This document shows positions 9,701 to 15,832 of a stretch of 32,000 nucleotides of DNA, one piece after another. A program made the position numbers and the translations under genes. The notes beneath the pieces are model-generated. The model had not been told where the DNA came from. It did no database searches and was given only the letters and a program-made list of their open reading frames with translations. How positions within the stretch are numbered: position 1 is the stretch's first letter; every line of letters begins with the position of its first letter. The DNA is from Nitrospirota bacterium (GTDB lineage: Bacteria > Nitrospirota > UBA9217), in NCBI GenBank assembly GCA_963737155.1, contig CAVTRN010000002.1:756960-788959 (forward strand), written 5' to 3'.

Positions 9701-11017
9701 GGCGCCGGTAATACGGTCATCCGTTCTTCGGGGGAGACTGTATCGATGTTCGATTCACGGGTAAAGTTTTATTTTCCCAATTTCTCGGAATTCCATACAC
9801 AGGCAATGGCAATGGCGTTCCGTTGGCTGGGCCTGCAAGCCGGAGAACTCACTCCGCTCGACCGGTACCAGCTCGAACTGGGGCTCCAACACACGTCAGG
9901 ACGCGAGTGCCTTCCACTGCCGCTCTGCGTCGGACAACTGCTCAAGATCAACGAGCAGCGCAAGCCCGGCGAACTCGCAGGATTTTACATGCTGAAAGGT
10001 GGAGCGCCCTGCGTATTGGACGCCTATCTGGATTACCTCAGACGTTTCATCTCGGATCAGCAATTGCCCGACATTTTTCTGTTCGTCCCGACCGAAGATT
10101 ACGGACAAGGTTCAATCGACAGAATGGCGCTCGCAAAATACTCAGCGCTCACGCTCCTTCTGGCGGACCTCCTTGTGGAGATCGAGCATGTTCTGCTGGT
10201 TGTCGGCGATCGAGGGAGCGTGGACCGACTCAGGCAGGAGTGGCAGCGATTTGTTGCCGTAGCAGACTCGGAGGGCCGTTTTCAGGACGAGTTGGCCTCA
10301 TTTATCGAGCGGATCGCAGCCCTTCCACGCACGCGGGACCCAATGGCCTGTCCGCGGGTCGTTGTCATTGGTGACTTCTTTACCCGCTTTAGCCCCTTCT
10401 TCATGGACGGCGTCCGAGACCTGTATTCCGGGCAAGGCATCATCCTGAAGCCTGTTGATATGACCGACTTGCTGCTGTATCACACCTATTACCCGGTGGC
10501 CGAAACGGCCCGCGAATGGGGTATGAAACCGGGCGGGCTGGCTTTGGCCAAAGCCTGCTCCAGGATTTTTCAAAGGGATGGAAAGCGGTATCTGCAGCAC
10601 TGGCTTGCCTATATGGCGGAGAGGCATGTCGAGGAAAACTACCGGAGGCTGTTTGCGAAGACCGGCCTTCTCGTGGCTGGTTCCAATGATGCGGCTTCCT
10701 TGTTCGAGAAGGCTTCTGATTATGTGTCACCGGGAATCTACGGTGAGATTATATCGACCATTGGCCGGGGCTTGGAGGCCGAGGCTGAAGGCTACGATGG
10801 CATCATCTGCATCGGGCCGTTCAACTGCCTCCCATTCCGCATTTCCGAAGCGATCCTAAAACCGTTCAGCATCCGGCAGGGGATGCCTGTCCTGACCTAT
10901 GAGAGCGACGGCTACACGGTTTCGCCGTCGGTCCTTCGTCAGGTGGACGTACACATCCAGCAGGTTCTTGAACGCTCGGCCCGGATTCCGCGTTATCAAA
11001 ATATTCGAACCCACTGA
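6797..11017 (+). CDS. Fusion protein of two HgdC/BcrAD_BadFG-type activase ATPase domains and a DUF2229-like (BCR/HAD dehydratase-related) C-terminal region
   Basis: 1406 aa with a TTG start and GAGGGA upstream; the start is uncertain. ATPase 1 carries GVNIGAITVKAV and NKCAAGSGEFF. ATPase 2 carries LGLDAGSTTTKAVLLD and NNACSAGTGSFLE. A Cys-rich FICKACRMHCSIDRFEVAGRRFPFGGRCSLYE follows, then a long DUF2229-like region. Confidence 0.8.
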   Translation: MLNILPKRQNASLQETPQPYCVGVNIGAITVKAVALRGGDAFSTVVTHQGRPLEVLGEILAGKEFNGAEYFGVSGHRGHISDVAAIQRALDELGGDFDAVASLGGESFLVYLLVDGRISNVLSHNKCAAGSGEFFVQQIGRMQLTIEDAIERSFVGKVVPLASRCSVHCKSDITHKLNRKEASPEDILHTLHDSMADKVVSLLEKAQRQIDRVLVIGGVSRNAALLYALREKLPSTEFIVLPESLCWEAWGCALLTREEPRYNSPKISPQPMPDSYPPLHHQADRVQVIAPLQRQPHPDRLLILGLDAGSTTTKAVLLDPDTRCVVASNYTRTRSDPVAATRECLRSVAREVGNLRVGLTGTTGSARELVGAYLGTAHVYNEISAHATGASHFDPDVDTIFEIGGQDSKYIRLRNGVPVDYAMNNACSAGTGSFLEESAQGDLGITVSDIAESALAAASPVQLKATCAAFINSDIRIAFQQGQSRENIVAGLVYAIAANYLTKVKGPRALGKKVFLQGGVALNRAVGHAFAHSVDRTVVIPPNPELMGALGVALLALGRCNGKLDAATDLLSLSAPEMASPGHFICKACRMHCSIDRFEVAGRRFPFGGRCSLYENVWKRNARVVAAPDLVGQRAELIFGKNDTSGERQALERGRPRIGIPRALLTHSLYPLFSTFFSSLGLEVVLSGLDLHGELKSYSGFCYPAQTAHGAVLDLARQSVDLVFLPHVKRMPLPGLCDDSYLCPITQASPFFLAAAFSDVRFLSPVLDFTCGYECGPEMEEMIARELGIGREQIRQAWKAARSAQIRTDCAMQELGQQFLERALAEGKPAIVLAGRSYNAYAPEASQSVGKKLSSMGMVAIPADCLAQTEEGPFAWHFSNQVLNAMALAKKHPNLFLVCISNFSCTVDAFTHAKVASEMGSKPYLILEIDAHTADAGVQTRLEAFLDIVHNYQGMPAIQSRQFSLCRVGAGNTVIRSSGETVSMFDSRVKFYFPNFSEFHTQAMAMAFRWLGLQAGELTPLDRYQLELGLQHTSGRECLPLPLCVGQLLKINEQRKPGELAGFYMLKGGAPCVLDAYLDYLRRFISDQQLPDIFLFVPTEDYGQGSIDRMALAKYSALTLLLADLLVEIEHVLLVVGDRGSVDRLRQEWQRFVAVADSEGRFQDELASFIERIAALPRTRDPMACPRVVVIGDFFTRFSPFFMDGVRDLYSGQGIILKPVDMTDLLLYHTYYPVAETAREWGMKPGGLALAKACSRIFQRDGKRYLQHWLAYMAERHVEENYRRLFAKTGLLVAGSNDAASLFEKASDYVSPGIYGEIISTIGRGLEAEAEGYDGIICIGPFNCLPFRISEAILKPFSIRQGMPVLTYESDGYTVSPSVLRQVDVHIQQVLERSARIPRYQNIRTH

Positions 11018-11137
11018 AATCTGACTTGGCCGTTATTCTTTCGACAGCGGGAAATCCGGGTTTATCATGAATAGACTGGATGCCCGTTTTCTCGGGCATG
11101 AAGAATTATTCTGCCACAGAAAGCTTTTTCAACAGCC

Positions 11138-11920
11138 TCATTCCTGGAGTGTGAAGGCGGACAGAATTTCCACCAGCGAGTCCACGGCCTTTCCCAGGTT
11201 TTTCGAAGCCCTTGCGGCGTTTCTCCCGAGTTTTATGCTTACCGGGATAAGCGTCGGCTTTGAGAGAAGGAGGCCGAAAGCCTGTGAAAAACGGTAATGG
11301 CCCGTCTTGTCCGTTACGGCGATAAGTTCCGGAGGAATATCTTCATCCAGCCGATCGGTGATCGAGCGTAACGCGAGAAAGGGCACGCGATTCTGATGCG
11401 AGAGCTTTGCGAAATAAAATGTTTCCATGTCGCATACGGGGAAGGGGAGGTCGCCGGGGATCATCTTTTTGATTTTTGATTTTGTCATCATTTCCGAGAG
11501 GGTAACAATGCCTCCCTCCCTTGCGGCGATCCTTTCATTGAGCTTGTCCCCAATTTGTCTGCCGAGGGCGGAATCGGGGACGACGTCTTCCGGGAGATGT
11601 TCTCGCTCCCGCGTTCTGTCTCCCCTGATGAGGAAGGAGCGGGAAGACCACACAATATCCCCGATACCGGCGTTTTCGTACAGGGCGCCGCCGAAACCGG
11701 CGGATAAAACAATGTCGGGGCGGCGCTCCTGGAGCACGTGCCGGAATGCGGTTTCCGCGTTCGCAGCGCCTATGCCGGTTTGTACTGCGATGACGTCACA
11801 CGGGGGATGCAGCTCCCTCTCCAAGGGGAAAGGACGGTTCACCGGATTTTGTGCTGATGGACGGTTTTTACGTATGTGCTTTAATTCCTGCGGAAAGGCC
11901 GCAAAAAGTGCCATGATCAT
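11138..11920 (-). CDS. hpnG: Hopanoid-associated nucleoside phosphorylase/nucleosidase (HpnG-type, PNP_UDP_1 family)
   Basis: 260 aa with motifs QTGIGAANAETA, SAGFGGAL and CDMETFYFAKL. It lies within the hpn gene neighbourhood. Confidence 0.7.
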   Translation of the reverse strand: MIMALFAAFPQELKHIRKNRPSAQNPVNRPFPLERELHPPCDVIAVQTGIGAANAETAFRHVLQERRPDIVLSAGFGGALYENAGIGDIVWSSRSFLIRGDRTREREHLPEDVVPDSALGRQIGDKLNERIAAREGGIVTLSEMMTKSKIKKMIPGDLPFPVCDMETFYFAKLSHQNRVPFLALRSITDRLDEDIPPELIAVTDKTGHYRFSQAFGLLLSKPTLIPVSIKLGRNAARASKNLGKAVDSLVEILSAFTLQE

Positions 11921-11968
11921 TTTGAGAAGGTGTTCTGCCTTTCTTTGAGGATCGACAGCGTGGCCTGA

Positions 11969-12538
11969 TTATATCCCTTCCTGCTCGGGAAAGTATTTCT
12001 TCCTCAACTTGTTTTGATGGCCCTGTTCGACGAATGTGTCGGAGGTCCCGTCTCGCTTGCGGTGTACGGCTTCTATTTCGCGATCAAGGAAAAGTTCAAG
12101 TAGGGCGCTGCCGAAGCCCTGGGCAAGAACATTCTCTTTAACGGGACGAGCTTCATGCCGCTGACGCGACGAACGGATCAGCCTCGCGTCCGGCGGTTTA
12201 ACGAACCGTGCATTGACGGCCGCTGCGTCGATGCCTTTCGCTTCTGGCAACGTCGCTGCCGACAGGACCGGGAGCACGGTATGGCCCAGCGCCATCAACG
12301 CAACGTCGCCGCAACTTCTCGGGAGCTCGGCCTCTCCGATGTGAAGGGACCGGGCGAACTCCCGTTCTCCGAGGGGCGTCCGGGCAGCCTTATCACTTTT
12401 TCTCTCGGATACCGGATGTCGGCAGATCCGCTGTGTTTCAGCGCCAAGCCGAGCATGGCAGACCAATTCAATGTTGTCCTTCGAGGCCTTGACCACGAGG
12501 TTCGGAATATGTCTGAGATAGGAAGGGTCCTGTATACG
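11969..12538 (-). pseudogene. dxs: Eroded C-terminal remnant (about 190 codons) of 1-deoxy-D-xylulose-5-phosphate synthase
   Basis: The minus-strand frame reads QDPSYLRHIPNLVV...SKDNIEL...GDVALMALGHTV...GIDAAAVNARFVKPPDARLI...VKENVLAQGFGSALLE...SDTFVEQGHQNKLRKKY. It is collinear with the last third of DXS (FDLSYLRCIPxMV, DVAIxxxG, VxxRFVKPLD, TVEEN, GGxGSxV, PDxFxxxG). Conserved positions are replaced, and the N-terminal roughly 430 codons are absent. Confidence 0.65.
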
Positions 12539-12763
12539 TGAAGCCGATTTCGCGTGGAGAGGGTTTTTTCTCCTCTTTTTGTAGTATAGTCTTTGTCGTA
12601 TAGTCCTAGTATAGCAGGGAAAATGGCGACGGCAAGTTATTTTAGGAGCGGGGACTTGAGCGAGGACTTGATTTCTGATATCATAGACCTCACGTGAGCG
12701 CGAAAGGCTGAACGGTTAAGTACACTCCCAATTGACGTCCCGCGGCGCGGGACGAGAAGCGAC

Positions 12764-13915
12764 ATGATCATCTCGATACCGGCAATTCTTATTCTACTTA
12801 TCCTTTGTGCGGGAGCCTATCATCTTTTCTCTCTCTATTGCGTATGGGAATTTTTCCGGGAGGAAATAAGCGAGCCGGCGCTTCGGCCTCACATCCCCGT
12901 ATCAATCATCAAACCGCTCAAGGGAATCGAACCCGGATTCGGGGAAAACCTCAGGACTTTTTGCGAGCAGGACTATCCCGAATTTGAGGTCCTGCTGGGA
13001 TTTTCCGATCCGGCCGACGACGCCATCCCGCGGGTCAATGGGACGGTTGATACCCTAATGGATTGCAATGTCCGTACGGTCATCGGCGCGGGTCGCCCGG
13101 CTGTGAACCGGAAGGTGTCGAATCTTGGAGGGCTGGCGGAATCAGCCCGGCACCCCATCCTCGCTATCAGCGACAGCGACATGAGAGTGGACCGAGCCTA
13201 CCTCGGGCGAAGCATGGAGGAATACTTCAGCGCCCGAAACGTCGGCCTGGTCACGTCTCTGTACAAGATCTCAAACCCCGAATCGATCGGCGCCGCGCTG
13301 GAGTCCCTAACGATCGCGCTCGATTTTATTCCGTCCGTTCTTGTCGCCCGTCGACTGGAGGGCATTACGTTCGGATTAGGGGCATCTTTGGTGCTCTCGA
13401 AGAAGGCGTTGGAGGAGATCGGCGGCTTTGCCGCGATCGGCGACTACCTTGCAGACGATTACCAGCTCGGCAACCGGCTTTGGAAGCGGGGGTATTTGAT
13501 CGTCCTTTCCCGGTATGTCATCGAGAACGTTGTGGGTCCCATGAGCATTGCTGATTACTACAGGCATCAGCTCCGGTGGGCGCGGACCTACCGGTCATCA
13601 AGGCCCAAGGGTTTTGCCGGTTATGGCATTACGCACATGGTTCCCTTTTGCCTGCTTCTCCTCATTGCGGCAGGTCCGAACGCCCTCTCGCTGTCTGTAC
13701 TTGGATCTGCCGTCATGGTGCGGTACGGCCTTGCATATGTCCTGTACAGAAAGGTAATTCACTCACGGCAGTGGCTGAAATGGATTGTGCTCGTGCCTGT
13801 AAAAGACGTCCTAGGCTTCGGTATCTGGGCCTGGAGTTTCACGAGCCGGAAAGTCCGCTGGCGGGGCAACGAGTATCGTATCTTGAAAGACGGAAAGCTC
13901 CGGCAGACGGAGTAG
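12764..13915 (+). CDS. hpnI: Hopanoid-associated glycosyltransferase HpnI (ceramide-glucosyltransferase-like, GT family 21 type)
   Basis: 383 aa with an N-terminal TM. Motifs are PVSIIKPLKG, EFEVLLGFSD, SDSDMRV (DxD) and QLRWARTYR (QxxRW-like). It sits in the hpn context. Confidence 0.8.
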   Translation: MIISIPAILILLILCAGAYHLFSLYCVWEFFREEISEPALRPHIPVSIIKPLKGIEPGFGENLRTFCEQDYPEFEVLLGFSDPADDAIPRVNGTVDTLMDCNVRTVIGAGRPAVNRKVSNLGGLAESARHPILAISDSDMRVDRAYLGRSMEEYFSARNVGLVTSLYKISNPESIGAALESLTIALDFIPSVLVARRLEGITFGLGASLVLSKKALEEIGGFAAIGDYLADDYQLGNRLWKRGYLIVLSRYVIENVVGPMSIADYYRHQLRWARTYRSSRPKGFAGYGITHMVPFCLLLLIAAGPNALSLSVLGSAVMVRYGLAYVLYRKVIHSRQWLKWIVLVPVKDVLGFGIWAWSFTSRKVRWRGNEYRILKDGKLRQTE

Positions 13916-13979
13916 CCGCAGGTTAGGCTTTAAAGTGGGGCTGCCGCTAAAACCACACCTCCATTCCAGCACATAAACT

Positions 13980-15212
13980 ATGCTATCTTCGTTCCCGTTG
14001 TTTTTGCTGACAATGTCCTTGTGCTTGTTTGCTTGCACCACCATGGTGCAAAAGCTCCCATACCCTCTGATCAACTTGGACGAGCAGGTAAAAGTGGTCA
14101 CCGTGCCAGTCCCGGTCATTGCTGCCAACCCCAACGAAGGACTCTACCGTGGCGCCATGGTTGCATTTCTTATCCACAACAAGAATGACGAAGTCAGCAT
14201 GCTGCTGGCCCCGCAGGTGAATTTCAATCAGAACTTCGGTGTCTCCACTTCCCTTTTCGGCGCCTACTACCCGTCACCCGCCCAGAGCTTGGTATTCAAT
14301 ATCTCCAAGTCCACTTACGTGGACGATGACTACGAGTTTAGTTACGTTGACCGGTCGCTTTTCGGCGGCAAGGCAGAGGTCCGCTCCTTTTTCGACATAT
14401 TTACTGATGGCTCTGCGCGTTTCTTTGGCTTCGGACCTAACAGCCTGCAGTCGAACCAGACGAATTTCGGTGACAGGGAGTCGGGCATCACCCTATCGCT
14501 GGCTTACAGGATCGCGAAAAATCTCCAGTTGGTCGTGGGAGACCGTTTCAGACGTGTAGATATTGAACAGGGAGCAGTGCAGTCGGTTCCCTTCATCGGC
14601 GATAAGTTCTTCGGGGCTGAGGTGCCTGGCATTGATGGCTTCTCCGTTCACGCGCAAAAGCTCGGTCTTGTTTACAGCACCCTCGACTTCCCCGACTTGC
14701 CGACTGTCGGGCTATACGCCGAGACGTCGGTCGAAGACAGCGCGAAGGACTTCGGCAGCAGCGCGAGCTTCGTTCATTACCATGCCGAGGTAAAGGGATA
14801 TGTGCCGTCCGAGAGCGCACGCTGGATCAGTGTTCTCCGGGTCGCCTACAACCAGACTCCCGGCAACGATGTTCCCTTCCTTGAGCGAAGCATCCTTGGA
14901 GGGGAGACCACTTTGCGCGGGTATGGTCGCAACCGTTTTATAGATTCCACGTCCCTGCTTCTCAACCTGGAAGAGCGAATCAGTGTCTTTCGCTGGAATG
15001 TATTCAACGTTAGGGCAGACTGGGAAGTGGCGCCGTTCGTTGATTACGGCGGAGTTATGAGAACGCTCGGAACTTTGCAGCGCGAAGATTTCAAAATCAA
15101 TCCCGGCATTGGTTTCCGCGCCGTGGTTCGTCCTAATATTGTCGGTAGGTTGGATGTTGGCTTTGGTGATGAGGGGGCGGCTGTATTTGTCGGCCTCGCC
15201 TATCCATTCTAG
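13980..15212 (+). CDS. Omp85/surface-antigen (D15)-type outer-membrane beta-barrel protein, POTRA-less, possible lipoprotein
   Basis: 410 aa. The N-terminal signal ends LCLFAC, a possible lipobox. The motif LGGETTLRGYGRNRF is present, and the C-terminus ...VFVGLAYPF ends in an aromatic residue as in beta-barrel OMPs. The start codon is uncertain because no clear SD is seen. Confidence 0.6.
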   Translation: MLSSFPLFLLTMSLCLFACTTMVQKLPYPLINLDEQVKVVTVPVPVIAANPNEGLYRGAMVAFLIHNKNDEVSMLLAPQVNFNQNFGVSTSLFGAYYPSPAQSLVFNISKSTYVDDDYEFSYVDRSLFGGKAEVRSFFDIFTDGSARFFGFGPNSLQSNQTNFGDRESGITLSLAYRIAKNLQLVVGDRFRRVDIEQGAVQSVPFIGDKFFGAEVPGIDGFSVHAQKLGLVYSTLDFPDLPTVGLYAETSVEDSAKDFGSSASFVHYHAEVKGYVPSESARWISVLRVAYNQTPGNDVPFLERSILGGETTLRGYGRNRFIDSTSLLLNLEERISVFRWNVFNVRADWEVAPFVDYGGVMRTLGTLQREDFKINPGIGFRAVVRPNIVGRLDVGFGDEGAAVFVGLAYPF

Positions 15213-15537
15213 AAACCACTATTTTCTCGCGGAGCAAGGGACACAGATCTTTCTAATACGGCAGTTGATGCGATGGTTTCTTATTAAATCAATAAGATGC
15301 TTTATATTCTTTTAAATCTGTTAGGTGAGGAATTAATTGCAATTGCCGTAGTTTTTATAAATTTGATATATTATTATTAACTAAAGAATTAAGTATCATA
15401 ATTGTCCACAACTGCTAAGAGTTCTGGCCAAAGTAACAATACTTTAGTTATATTGATATTTGAGATGAACTGCGCTATCGTTTCTTTAAATATCGACGGG
15501 TGAATGGTTTAAGTGAGCGGAAAATCAAGAAAGTTGA

Positions 15538-15566
15538 TTGACAATTTCTTTCTTTTTTACTAGAAT
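15538..15566 (+). promoter_or_regulatory. Near-consensus sigma70-type promoter (TTGACA-N17-TAGAAT)
   Basis: TTGACA is at 15538-15543 and TAGAAT at 15561-15566, with an exact 17-nt T-rich spacer. It is embedded in an AT-rich intergenic region upstream of hpnJ. Confidence 0.55.
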
Positions 15567-15704
15567 GCCACTCGAAAAGGGCATCGTTCGCATCTTACGA
15601 AGAAACAGGAAGCATAGAGGGGAACGGACATCTTAACACCCCGTGATCTATCCAAGCGATGGAGCATAGAGGTGGAGGAGCGTTCGGATGACATTGATTA
15701 CTGT

Positions 15705-15757
15705 GAGGAGGATCTGAAGGGTGATTTTCTGCTTCAGTCGCTTCTCCTCATTTTTTT
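15705..15757 (+). terminator. Intrinsic-terminator-like hairpin inside the hpnJ leader
   Basis: A two-tier stem pairs GAGGAG (15705-10) with CTCCTC (15744-49) and CTGAAG (15714-19) with CTTCAG (15732-37). An A-TTTTTTT run (15751-57) follows immediately. It lies 76 nt upstream of the hpnJ GTG. Confidence 0.55.
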
Positions 15758-15832
15758 CTTATTTCTGGATTCCTGCCGGGGCACAGTAACGGTCTGCTCA
15801 GGTCGGGCTTCATAAAGCTGGGGGAAATAAAA

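Noticed and set aside
11080-11099. Hairpin ATGCCCG-TTTTCT-CGGGCAT between the convergent activase-fusion gene and hpnG, considered as a bidirectional terminator
   Set aside because: The stem is only 7 bp and no U-run follows on either strand, which is insufficient to call a terminator.
12155-12541. 128-aa plus-strand ORF
   Set aside because: It is antisense to the dxs-homologous frame and has an Arg-rich composition with no motif.
15567-15704. Cobalamin riboswitch upstream of the B12-dependent radical SAM gene hpnJ
   Set aside because: I could not find a B12-box-like element (consensus roughly AGYCMGgAgaCCkGCc) or the expected multi-helix junction pattern. The leader is kept as an unclassified candidate instead.
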